A stretch of 63,234 nucleotides of DNA, filler included, from Salisapilia sapeloensis CBS 127946 (taxonomy: Eukaryota > Protista > Oomycota): NCBI GenBank assembly GCA_023334545.1. It is 4 parts of 4 records of this genome, joined end to end, with 100 filler letters (N's around TTAATTAATTAA, not from the genome) between each part and the next. Parts side by side here need not be neighbours in the genome. Positions count along the whole stretch, not along the records: positions 1 to 29,158 come from JAADVB010000228.1; 3 more parts are not named here. One strand, 5' to 3'. The notes under the pieces are model-generated. The model ran no database searches. It saw nothing but the letters and a program-made list of their open reading frames with translations, and was not told the DNA's origin. The position numbers and the translations under genes are program-made. Within the stretch, counting starts at the first letter, position 1. Every line of letters starts with the position of its first letter. Shown here piece by piece: positions 1 to 12,358 of this stretch.

Positions 1-2692
1 TCCGCCGCCCTTCGCCACAATCAGGTCTGCAGACACAGCCTTCTCCTGCTCTCCGTCGTCGTAGTCAATGTCGTACGTGCCGTTCAGTCGGCAACGAGAG
101 ATTACGCCCGGATACAACTTGCTCTTCCCGCGATAGTATGCCTCGATACGTTGACCGGCTTGAAATTTGGGTAGGGCCTTAGCTGACGAGTCATCTGAAG
201 TTGAGAAAGTTAGAGCCTGGGTCTTTCGAGCGGGAGCTCTGGGTTTCGGGCGCTGTGGCTTCTCTTCATCTGTGGTGGTTTCAGGTTGGGGTGTGCGCCT
301 TGCCACTGACAAGCGTGGACGAATGGAACGCTGTGATACTTTACTTTCTAGTTCTCCAGTTTCCAACTCGACGTCGTAGGTTGCGTTGGAATGCACTTTG
401 TAGATCGTTCCTGGCGTGTAGGATGGCTTTCCACGAAGCTTAGCCTCAACCTTTTCTCCTTTGGCAAATAACAATTCGATGGCTGAATCGGTGTCATCTG
501 CATGACGAGCAGACCTCGTGCTGCTTTTAAGTGGCTCAGCAGGCTTTCCTTCAAGCTCTCGTACATTGCTTTTACGTACATGAAGCTCAAGCTCACCATT
601 GTCATACTCCACATCATATGACCCATCAGCTCTACATTTTCGGATCGTTCCAGGAAGCCATTTGGATGTTCCTTGCAGCTTAGCTTCAACCTGATCACCC
701 ACGCGAAAGCGATGAGAAACTTCATCTTCGGTGGTTTCAGGGTCTCTAGAGTGCGTAGCCTTTGCGCTCACAATTCTTTGGGCTCGATACGTTTTCGATC
801 GAACGATGTAGCTTAGACACTTCTCTTCTACATGCTTTTCATACTGTCCATTCACAAACTCGATATCGTATGTCCCATCACTACGCACCCTATCGACTGT
901 GCCAAGACAGTACTCACGTTCACCAATAGGAATGGCCTCAATCTCTTCTCCGCATTCAAATCGTGGCTTTCGTTGCTTGACAGACCTCCGACGACCGCCT
1001 GATCGAGGGCGCTTACTCGAATGTCGATGGCGTTTACGTCTTGATCTCTCATCGGATGAGCTTGAGGAAGAAGCGCTTGAGGAAGAAGAGCTAGATATGC
1101 TTTTTGCATAGCTTTTGCGACTCAAACGTGGGCTCCGAGCAGACTTGCTTGGCTTCTTCTTTCTATTCGAGACATTCAATGTGCGTCCACAGATCTCACA
1201 CTCTTCGTCATCAAAATTGTTATCAAACTTGCAATGCGAACACCGGATAAAGCCTTCACCATTCCGGCCTCGCCTTGGTTTCGAAGTATCACAGATCTCG
1301 CAATGTGTTGCCCAGTCAGCGACTTGTTGATGTGCACAAACACGGCAGATCCAGCCATAGCGAGATAATGGTGCAGTCAACGGTGAGCTAGTCGCTGCAA
1401 CATCCACGAAACTATCGGTATGCACCGCTGTGGGTAGCGCCATCGGTGGATCATACGACTGTGCAAATTCCTCCTGCGGAAATTGGATCGGCCTATTCAT
1501 CAGCAATAGAGTAAATATTAACATCTTGTGCACTGCTATCTTATCAAATTAATACCTTGTGGACGACCACGGGGATGCATTAGCAATAGGGTGTCTAACC
1601 TGTTCATGCGGATGTACATTTGGTTGTCGCACAGGCGCTGCATGAGGTGGATTTGGTCCGTTGCCTCGAAGCCCCATCATTTCCACGAAACGAATGTACG
1701 ACACTTCAGTAGTGTTGGACGGATTAGCAAGTTGAATCATCAAAAAATGCAATTGCACATCGTCAATTGGAATGGATGAATGGCGCAACACGGCAACAAA
1801 AGTATGACGAGGTATAAACCCGGTGGAATGACTATCATGCTGTGCAAACGCCGACTCTAAACTCATGCCAGTATTTACAAGCACATTGTTGCGGGCGTCC
1901 ACCAAGCTCCGAATGCGTTCTCTATAATAGACAGGATACAAAACTTTACAAAATGCAAAAATAGAAATGAAGTAAAACTTACAACTCATCATGGCTAAGC
2001 TGAAGAAAGTCAGCAAACGCGACGTAATCAATTAAACTCGAGCCTGGAACATTAAACAGCTGCTGGATGGTATCTAGCGTAGATGACGGAAGTGAAACCC
2101 CCACCGTCCCAAGAGCATCTTGTATCGTTATCAATGGCACGCGACCAGAGCCTACAAAGTCGTACGCTTGACACAAAGACAGGATGTCGACATAACCCTG
2201 AGCTCGCACAAAAGCTTCGCGCAGATCTTTTTTCACCGAAATAGGTGAGATAGGAGTTGTGTTGTGTCGATGGAAATGATGTGGCCGCAGCTCTGCGGAT
2301 CTTGCAACTGGTACGGAACTCTCATATGAGTAGCTATGAGTTGACGGGTCGTAGCTGTAGGATGGTAGGGCGACAGGACTGGCGGTTGGCGGTACCGCAG
2401 ATTGTAAATTAACTGGCGACGCAATCAACCTCGGCGCCATTGCTGGATTTAGCTCATAAAGACGTCGGGTGAGAGGGCTTAGTTGTGAGAACGACGTGGC
2501 TGTCTCGGAGGACGCATAGTCTTCACTGGGTTGGTACGCAGGCATGTCGAAAGAATGCGTGATCCCTCGCCAGTACTCTGGGTCCAACGGTGTCGGCCGG
2601 TTACCAATCGAGTAATGCGAAGCCGTCTCTATATCGTCCATATCATCTTCAGCACTAGTTGCGCAGGCAGCCAAGCAGTCTAGCACATCCAT
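1..2692 (-). CDS. Multidomain protein: EF-hand-like region, two RanBP2-type Zn fingers, Ser/Arg-rich linker and at least 4 Tudor/Agenet-like repeats; runs off the window start
   Basis: ORFs 1979-2692 and 1549-2031 are joined by a GTAAGT..TATAG intron (~1923-1982), with a second GT-AG intron at ~1494-1555. The downstream frame, read by hand, gives WICRVCAHQQVADWATHCEIC and CSHCKFDNNFDDEECEIC. It then gives repeats such as FRVGDQVEAKLQGTSKWLPGTIRKCRADGSYDVEYDNGE and FQAGQRIEAYYRGKSKLYPGVISRCRLNGTYDIDYDDGE. Confidence 0.7.
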
Positions 2693-3186
2693 ACTTCTCC
2701 CCTTCTATTTCTAGACTGCCAAGCACTTTGACCTGTAGTGAGGACCGTTTCATGCGATTCAGAAAAGCCAACGATCCATATAAAATTAACTTTTGAAAAC
2801 ACTATTCTCTATCAAAAACAATCTACATTTCATCCAGATTGATATGCCCATAATAATGCCATCTACAAAGCATGCCTCCGGACATACCTCATTCTATGGT
2901 CACTTCGAAAGCTTTATAAGTCACCACCAGCCTTATCACACATCTGGCATATCGTACAAATGTGCTGTGATACCTTGAGACTGTCATAGAAGGTCAATGA
3001 AGAGTATAAGGTACAAAAGTAGGCACAATCAGCGTCTACTCGACCTCAAAACCATTTGACCAATTCGTGTCCGACTTTGTGGTTAAAATAAGTGGCAATG
3101 TATGAAGCGCGTTTTCCTCCATTTCATCCTATTGATACAAGTACAAGGTACTAGTAGTTCCTATTGATCGCTCTATAAGGACAAGT

Positions 3187-6109
3187 ATGGGGCGCACACG
3201 CACGATGGATGAGTGGGCCCACTTTGAGAAACTGCCGGAAGAAGGTCGTGTCCCGAACTCTACGTACTGGTACGTCGTATGCCGCCACTGCCGACTCGCA
3301 CATGAAGAGCACCGACTGGCTTCGGCTCCTGCTCGACTCACAGGTCGTCGCTCGGCCATGCAAGCGCATCTCAAGTCCTGCCCGATCTATTCCTCCCAGT
3401 ACAAGCTAGAGCAACAGGATGCTGGTGCCACAAGTCCGTCTATCGCGACGGATACGACGGAAGTGAACGACGATAAGAACGTCGAAAGCACGACGCCCAA
3501 TTCGTTTTTTAATTCGACAGACCCAGGCGATGCGAAGGATGTCACGTCAGATGTAGGTGGGACTAGTGAACTCACTGGCAACAAGCACATTGGCGAAAAA
3601 CGACGTCGACGTAGCGAAGGCGGCAAAGCTCGTAGGATTCTATATTCTCTAGTACGGTTATTATCAAGTCTTACGTCCCATGGTAGGTGGTGGAAGAGGC
3701 AAGCATTGTATGATGGAAGAATGGGATCATTTTATCCGGTTGCAGGACGAAGGGTACATTGGTAACTCGAATTTCTTCCGATGTATCTGCAAGTACTGTC
3801 AAGAAGCGCATGACAATGCACCAGACGAAAAGAAACCGTCGATGGTACCGGAGAAACTAGTCGGTCGGCGAGAAAAAATGCGCAAGCATCTTCGTTTTTG
3901 TCCTTACTTTCACGGCGAATTGCCACCTCTAGAAAATCGATCCTTGCCACGTATCGCCAGTGCCTCCGATCATGCTTTCACAAGTGTCGATTCAGCTTTT
4001 GAATCCATTGGAGACGTAGATTTGACCAAGAACATGGAAACGGACGGACTGACGATGCCTTCCGCACCACCAAACATCAGTACAGAGCTCATGAACCAAG
4101 CAGGTGTCTCCCCATCCTCTCGCCTCGCACTTGCCGAATGGAGATACTTTACTCGCCTCCATCGAAAGGAAGGCAGTGCATATCACTACGCTCGTTGTAA
4201 CTTTTGCCAAGCAGCATATGAGCAAGCGCCGGACGTTTTGAAAGCCAACATCCGTCCGACGGTCATCATGGGCCGAAAACCCAATATGCAGACGCACTTG
4301 GCCAAGTGTCCACATGTCCCTCGGGGCGTCTTACCAAAGGATGTTGCGCCTATGCTATATCTTAATCAGACGATTCATGCAAGAGAGTACACGCCTGGAG
4401 CGTTAAAGCGCGCCAAGGTAGAAGGGAAAGACATGCGAAAGACACTCGTGGACTTTACCATCCAACACGAACTGCCGTTCACATGGATCGAAGCGTCTGC
4501 TAGTAAAGACCTCTTGCGTCTGAATGCTGATGAGTCGCTTCCAACCGCATCCGACCTTCGTGGTCCATTGCTAGACGACCGATACGACTGTTTAATCCGA
4601 GACGCACTCACTGAGCTACGTGAATCTCCTTACTTGGAAAACGACAAGGCTGTGAATAAAGCCGAGGCCTCTCGTCTCTACTCTTCATCTTGGCCTGCTG
4701 TCCTCGAGATCACGGACTCTTGCTCGAAAAACGGAAAGCTCGGACCAGCACTCGCAAGTGGCGACATGTACGTCCCGTTAGACCTCATCCAACCAAAGCA
4801 TCGGAACAGCGTCGATAGCACTCCTTCGAATGAACGCAAAACGACGTCGTTCCCTACGTCCAGTGACGCTGAAGTCGTGGAATACGTCACGACGCAACTG
4901 TACTCGTGCAGTCTTATGGAACACATTGAACCGAGCTTTGTCTTGCTGCCATACAGTCAAGTTATGACGTCGTCTGCCAGTATGTTGCGTAAAACTCGTC
5001 CGAATCTCATCGTCACACACGATTTGACGGATCTATTGAACTATGTTATCCTGAAGACACTTGAAAGTAGTGACTTTGTCTCAGCAGTCGGATCACTCGT
5101 GACGCTGTGGAAACAACCGACGGTCCGGGAAGCTATTGACTCGTGCGATCCATTCGATAGTATAACTACATGCATATCCTTTCTAGAAGAAGTCGTAAGT
5201 AAGCGAGAACTACTCGCAGGTGTCGATCTGACGTACTTTTCAGACGTCGACAGCATGAACGTCGATTGGAAACTCCTGGAACGAACGTCGACCATGCTAT
5301 CTGCCTTGCGGAACGCTAAGGACAAGTGTGAACGGAGGGAAGTAGGTCTAGCGGATGCCGTCGCGCATCTAGGTCTGCTCTATCGCTCGTCCGAAGGCTT
5401 TGTCGAGGTACAGCAAGCGCTTGAAGCCATTTGGGGGCAGCTAGAGCAGCCCCTGTACGTCCTTGCACATGCTCTTCATCCACAGCTTCGTCTGCAGCAC
5501 GTGAACGCGACGGACTTGACGAAAGGAAGTTACGTAAGCGATTGTAGTGCAGCGTACTTTGGTATTATCTTTGGTGCCAAGTCAAGTGCGATACGAGGGG
5601 AAGTGACGTCATACTTGCACAAGACTAAGGACGCCTTCTCTCCGAGTGTCGTGAATGAGTTTGCTGGTGTAGAAGACTACTTTCGATACTTGAACGATGA
5701 CTATCCGTCATTAGCGTTGCTCATGCGCTTACTACACTCTGTACGTGTGTCGACACTACCGGCGGAAGACGTAGACACTAGACAAACAGCGTATACAGAT
5801 GACGAGCGACAGAAGATGACGTACATTCGACAACGGTGTAAGCTCTCGCGACCACAGGTACAGACGAATGAAGAGAAGGAACTGAGTGCTGCATCGATCA
5901 ATGCTATGGACGGCGTCCGGTCGGAAGTGACGCTCGTCTCGGATTGGATCCAGACGCTGCAAAGCGAGATCGGACATCGACGAGTCGATTTTACACCGTT
6001 CGAAGCAAGTGGGACTGCCGATGACGGTTTAGAAAGCGATGGACAAGTCGACCGACGGCAGAAAATCTCTCTTCAAGAGTTATTTGAAGCTACGAAATTC
6101 ACGACTTGA
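3187..6109 (+). CDS. hAT-transposase-derived protein with three BED-like Zn fingers, probably domesticated (2 exons)
   Basis: Intron 3632-3686 (GTAGG..GGTAG, 55 nt) joins the 192-aa and 809-aa ORFs in frame (..KAR|GGRGKHC). There are three W-x-[HY]-F..C-x2-C..H-x3-C units and a C-terminal GEVTSYL..VEDYF..YPSLALLMRLLHSV resembling the hAT dimerisation region. Confidence 0.7.
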
Positions 6110-6283
6110 AGCGAGTGACATGTATAAACCGTCTTTGCCGTCTTCTTTATCGACTGCATCATGTCTTGTATCGACATGAGGCATAAGATGGTAGATTGTC
6201 CAGTAGGATATGCTAACAAGAGAAAAAATGTAAAGGGCGTAAGAGCAGTCCGATTGGAGATAAGCATCTAAATAACCTATCGT

Positions 6284-7977
6284 CTAGGCCCATTGGAGCA
6301 TCAACGACGCATTCTCCAGCTGCTTGTCCGCAATCGTTTCCGTATCGCTAAACGACACGGGCTGCGGAGGGAACGCCGACCGCAGCTCGAACGATCGACT
6401 GCGTGCTTCCTCCACCTACCACATCATCAGTCCACTTCCTCCTACACATACGTGATAGCTATACCTCTTGCTGGACAAACGCCCACAAGGCCGACACCGG
6501 ATCGGTCTTGTTGAAGCGACGAGTCAGGCGAGAACCGTCTGGTGCACGGATACGGACGCTCGTGACGTCCGGTCCAGCTGCTGGCTCAGGCGGGAGCGTC
6601 AGTGCCACTGTCTCTGTCTTCTTTTCCTCCTTACTCTCATCATTCGAACCCAAGCGGTTACCTCCCGATGGATCGAGAGAAGCTGCAATTGCAGCATTGA
6701 GTTGTTCCTGCTCCGTACCAGCCGCCTGTGTCTCCTGAGCATCATCAGCGCCATGCATGGGTGAATCGGACGGAAGAACATCTGATTCATCCGTCGACAT
6801 GGGGTTCATACAGACAAAGTCTGTGAGTTTCTCCATCATATCTTGTACATCAATGAATCCATTCCACTTTTGACGTACTTCTCCTGTCTTTGGATCAATA
6901 ATCATGATAACAGGTAACGTATCTCTTTCTACTTGATACAAAGTACAAAATTTTCGACCATGATCGGAAGAAAAGTAACTCTGCCAAAAGACAAAGTCAC
7001 TCGCAACGATGTTCTGAACGACATCGTTCGACCATGTATCACGGTTCAACATGTGACTAGCAAAGACAATGTCGTCCTGGAGATTCACGAGCAGCCAACG
7101 GTTTAACTCTCGAGCGTGAGATCTCGCCTAGGTGCTGTTAGGTGACGTTTAAGATAGAAAGAGGAAAGATGTGTACCTCGTTGTACGTGCCTTGGTGCAT
7201 GATATCGACAGGAGGCTCAAATAGTCCACTAAAAGCGTTCGGTCCATCCGACCTGCTGTTGGATCCATCTTGGCCTTGCATCGCAGCAGAGTCATTTGCG
7301 ACACGAGAGAGCTGGGCGATGCTCTCCGCTGCAAAGTCTCGGTCTTGGGCATGGAAGCGACGCATCGGCATCGGCACTGATTAATAGATAGAAAGATTAG
7401 TCTCGATGGTACTTGTGTGTCTCAAGAGGTATGTACTCATATCGAAGTCGCCTCCAACAAGTTGCTGACGTCGAGAAGGATCAGGAGCACGGATACCACT
7501 ATCATTTCCATCGATAAGGATTCGAGGATGGTATAAAAAAGGAGAATAGACATACTCGTCATCAAATAGTTGAGGTGCAGGGGAGCCAGAAGGTGCGTTT
7601 GGAGCTGGTGGAGCATTATCCATGGATGACGTCTGCGTTGCAGCAAACGACGAGTCGCCTCCGCTCTCCATGAACAGATTGACCTGTCACCACGGTTTAG
7701 CTAGGCACTACGACATCAGTCCAGACTATTATATGCCTACCGCTTCGTCCAAGTTCCAGTTGGTCACCTAAAATCAATTGCATGAGTACAATTGTGCCTT
7801 GTCGATGATAAAGGAGCGAATGATCTAAAGTACTTCGAGAAACTGTGTAGCACGGTCGGAATCGGCGCCCGTGATATCCATAAATCTGACGTTCATCAAG
7901 TCAATACTTGTCATGAATACGAATCATAAATGTAGATCGGCGTACGAAGCTAGCGCGTCTGGTGTTGAGTCTGCCAT
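6284..7977 (-). CDS. UBXN7: UBX domain protein of the UBXN7/Ubx5 type (UBA-like, UAS, UIM, UBX); multi-exon
   Basis: The N-terminal exons give FMDITGADSDRATQFLE|VTNWNLDEAVNLFM (UBA-like). Further motifs are FASHMLNRDTWSNDVVQNIV (UAS), EQEQLNAAIAASL (UIM) and VRIRAPDGSRLTRRF..FELRSAFPP (UBX). Exons are separated by short GT-AG introns. Confidence 0.85.
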
Positions 7978-10286
7978 GGTCGTCTCGTAGTCGGAAGAAT
8001 AGTCTTCTCTCTTTTGTGTTTTCTTATCGCTATTTCTGACAGATCATGGCGTTTTATTGGTTGAAAATAAAAAAAGATAGATACTTTTTGGAAATTTTTT
8101 TCTGTCTCGGAAGACAAGATGCCCATAGTATCTGCTGTACGATGCTTGGATGGATGTATAGAAGATATATAAACTATTGAGAGTTCTTGCGCTTATAAGA
8201 ATGAATATGATCAGTGAAAGTTATTGTACGTCGGAATAGCTTGATTTTATTTGGAAAAGATCTAGATATTTCCGAGTCTATGAACGACTTTCGGTATATC
8301 AAACTTTTATATTTACTCGTAAATGAGCTAGCTTTGTAGTGGACTAGCAAAGAGCTATGCATTTAATCATGTGAACGGAACCTATCTTGATGACTATATG
8401 GTAACTGTTAAATGTATTCTAAATGCTTGGAAGTGAAGGCGTAGTGAAGACCGTCAAGTACAGTGCTACTTTGCTATCAATGGTGTTATACGATGCTTCG
8501 GCATCTTTAATGGAGATGTTCGAAATTGATGGACGAAGAAGCACGTATAGTCTGCAAGCCCCATGATTTGTAAGCGCTCTTAACTACAAGCTGTCAAGAT
8601 GGCGATAAAAGTTCAAGGCCATTCCATGTATGAGCTGCTTAGTGTAATGCTTTTTTTAGCTTCCGCATTGCTTAAACGCATAGACATTGCATCATATCTT
8701 CTAGTGTTGTGAGATGGACTCATTGATGGCAGTACCATGCTGTCTCTCAATGCCATCGTAGTGGAATGCAACATGCGACCTAATCCGAGTTGAAAAATAG
8801 ATGATCTAGTCCAAAAGCCCATATCCAAACTTGTAAAAACCTACAAACAACCTACTGCTCAGCTTTTACTTCTCATTCTCACAATTGCCGTCTTTGCTTC
8901 TATTTCTGCGCTGTCTCAAGATGCCCAAGTTACGAATGTCTGCGGAACTGAACAAATGTTATACAATGGAAGCGGAAACGGATATGAGGTTTTTCCTCTA
9001 GTCAAGGCTATCACAAGAGTCGGCAAAAAGGGATGTTTGCCACGCTACTGCATTTAAGAAACATTAAGTTCCAGGCTACTTGAACGAAGGTTAACAATGC
9101 ACATCTTAGTTATATCTCTTTGATAATTCTGCCATCATATATTGCGCGGCATAATCTTTGCATCTCATGTAGATCCAACTACCGCCTGAAACTTTTACGG
9201 CCAATAGCTTTTCGTAACTAGGATACCACCGAGGCATAACTAAAGAACGGAAATCATAAACTGCGACGTACAATCCTTCCTCCTTCGACCGTACATTGTA
9301 GCGTGCCCACGTAATGTGACTAGGCAATTTGCAGCGATTGAACTGGCAAGTACTTGACACTTTCTTACTCTGTCAATTGTATTCACGCATCAATAATCGT
9401 TTATCGGGTAACACTACTGTATGTTGCAGGCAGGGCTTGTATGTAGATAATGGTGCTTGTATAGACTCGATCATCGATTAAGTTGCCTGGAAACCTATAT
9501 TTTATGAAGCCAGCTTTGCGGTGTCAGCATGGCATACCTTCATGACTCCATGAAGAGTTAAAGCAATCAGCTCGTCAAATCTACCATTCCTTAGCATTGA
9601 TAATCGAACCGATGCTGGAGTGGTGGGTGCCCACAGTGCGTGGGTAAATCAAGTTGGATGTACCGCAAGAATCCAACACCATTGCAAGTTGACTGATAAG
9701 ACAACTCGACAGCGGCACAGTATGAGTAACGAACTGCATGGAGGCCTGAGACCGTTCGTGATGCGTGTTCTCTGCTTCAGGAAGCACTGCGCATTGTGTA
9801 TCTGTGGATTGTTGTTCTAGAACGCAGTATCTATGCAAAGCACCAACCTTCAACATCAGATGCTCCACTTCCATTATAACTGAAGTTTCCCACATGCTAA
9901 AGGAAATAGCCGGTACCCATCCATCAAGATACTTTCAACCTTCTATTGATACAAACCCACATCAGACTTGACACTTTATAGCATGCTCCATTCTAATACC
10001 AACATATCGCTCTACATTCTACTCCATGGAGCCTCTATGCAATGACAGACAGAAGACGCACATCTGCCGTATGTATGACACCTTCGTCACGAGTCTGATT
10101 CCCAGTCGGGAGCATGCGTAGACGGTGGGAGAGTCTGCGTATAGACAAACCATTCTCCCTGGCCACCCTCTGACAGGTATCCTGCTGCTTGAACCTCTGC
10201 ATTCGTACTTGAGCGAACGCCCTTATCCTCCTTCTTTCGACATCATAAATCAATCGGATTGACACCAAGCACCCACGTCTATCAAC

Positions 10287-11339
10287 ATGCCAAAGCGTCT
10301 CGCAGGAGTATGTTCGCCTATCTCTACTTTAAAGTTCAAGGGTACTAAAGATATACGTAGCTCGAACTCGGAGGTACCTCCTGGGCCCTCGCCATTGCGG
10401 AAGATGATCCTCAGAACATTGTCACGCAGACACGTATTGAGACCACGAAGCCTGAGGACACTATTAACAAAGCCATTGCGTGGCTCAAGACACAATCCTT
10501 TGACGCCATCGGTGCGTACATTCGCTTTCATATCCACCATACAAGTGTATTTATATCGTACGCTATGCAGGTATTGCGTCCTTCGGTCCGATCGATCTCA
10601 ACCGCACAAGTCCTACGTATGGCTACATCACGACGACGCCCAAGCCGGACTGGGGCAACACGGAAATCGTCGGTGTCTTTCAACGTGCCTTCCCCAACAC
10701 CCCCATCAGCTTTGAAACGGACGTGAATGCTCCTGCACTCTACGAAGTCGTCCACGGGGGTCACGGAGAAATTTCCAGTGCTTGCTATATCACCGTCGGC
10801 ACGGGTGTTGGCATTGGTATCTGCATCGACGGGCACGCCGTCCATGGCCTCATGCACCCGGAAATGGGTCACATCATGGTTCCTGAGGCCGAGGCCGACG
10901 TCAAGGCCGACTTCCACGGTGTCTGTCCGTACCACGGCGGCTGCGTCGAAGGCATGGTCGCTTCTGGTGCCATCGCTGCTCGTAAGAACATTCCTCGCAC
11001 GGAGCTCGAGTCGATCGATGATGACGACGAGGTCTGGACGACCATTGCCCACTACTTGGGTCAGCTCTGTGCCAACTTGGCACTCACCGTGTCTCCGCAA
11101 GTCATCGTCATTGGTGGCGGTATCTCTCGACGAAACAACCTCTTCGACCGCATTCGTGCAAAGGTACTTCTGTTTATTATTTACAAGTACAAACTTCTAC
11201 TAACTCGATGGAATAGTTTGAGAAATCCATTAACAAGTACATTCAGTACCCACCAGTGGACACGTACATCCGTCCGTCGTTCCACCCTCAGATCGGTCTC
11301 GTCAGTGCACTTGAGCTTGCTCGTGTCGAACTGAATTAG
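10287..11339 (+). CDS. ROK-family fructokinase (bacterial ScrK/YdhR-like); 4 exons
   Basis: Spliced motifs are ELGGTSW, GIASFGPIDLN, ETDVNAPAL, YITVGTGVGIG, HPEMGH, CPYHGGCVEGMVASG and VIGGG. Confidence 0.9.
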
Positions 11340-11425
11340 ATACGGTCATCAAATGGGATAGTTCGATCGGTGGAAACCGTTTCGTATGAAAAATAAATGG
11401 AGTTGGACACGAACCTAGTAGACTT

Positions 11426-12302
11426 ATGAATTGGTTTTCTTGGCAAGAACTCTTCTTTAAAGATGAACCTCATCATCCTCAATTAGGTATTGACTACCTC
11501 CGAGCAAGTGCTGCCTCCATATCCATAATGGTACAAGACAGTCGCTCTCTAACGATCCACCAGGACTTGTCCAAGCGTGGCGTCGCAGGTGTCGTTTGGG
11601 ACTGCGTAAGCTACTCCCATCCTATCTCCATGCCACTGCTTATTGCTGTCCTAGACGTATGAGCTCCTAGAGTTTATGAAGCATGTCGATCTAGCTGGAC
11701 AAGATGTATTGGAACTTGGAGCTGGTACCGGAGCATTGGGACTAGCTCTCGCCTGCTCACAGAAGCTCAACTCACTTATGCTCACGGACATGGAACAAGT
11801 CATTCCGCTTTGTGAGCGAAACCTGGAAGCAGCTTTAAGTCACAATGACGTTCGAGAGCTTCTTGAAAGGAAAGGAGTGGCTTGCCAGACACTCCTATGG
11901 TACAACGCCCCTGGTACTTTCATTATGGTAAAATGACAAACATAACAGTTCCACTAGGGGAGATCCGAGTCCATTTCGTCAAGCCTTTGACGTCATCTTG
12001 TGCTCTGACTGTCTGTACGATGCATCGCTGCATGAAAAGCTGCTCGAAACGCTACTTCAACTAACTCAGGACACATTCTCCACCATCTTCATCGCCTACA
12101 AGCGAAGACTTCCACAGTAACCTTCCTCCATCTCTCCACCTCTCCCAGTTCTAACATCCAACCTACCAGCAAAGAGCACACCTTCTTCCTCCAAGCACAA
12201 GTCTACTTTACCATCCAAGTCCATTCTCCTACGCAACAAGCACTACACTTATCTCCCAAAGACATCTACATTCTCCATCTCCAACGACACAAATACGACT
12301 AA
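11426..12302 (+). CDS. METTL21/Methyltransf_16 family protein-lysine methyltransferase; 4 exons
   Basis: Motifs GVAGVVWDC, VLELGAGTG, LTDMEQV, ILCSDCLYD and IAYKRR are spread over exons separated by GT-AG introns. Confidence 0.85.
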
Positions 12303-12358
12303 ATTTCCATCATCCAAATACATCCCATTTCGATTTCCAACGTCTACTATTCTAGACG

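Noticed and set aside
8000-10268. Short ORFs, including an HTH-like QRVARENGLSIRRL at ~10035-10268, suggesting a pogo/Tc1 relic
   Set aside because: I found no ordered DDE motifs or TIRs, and the resemblance is too weak to call.
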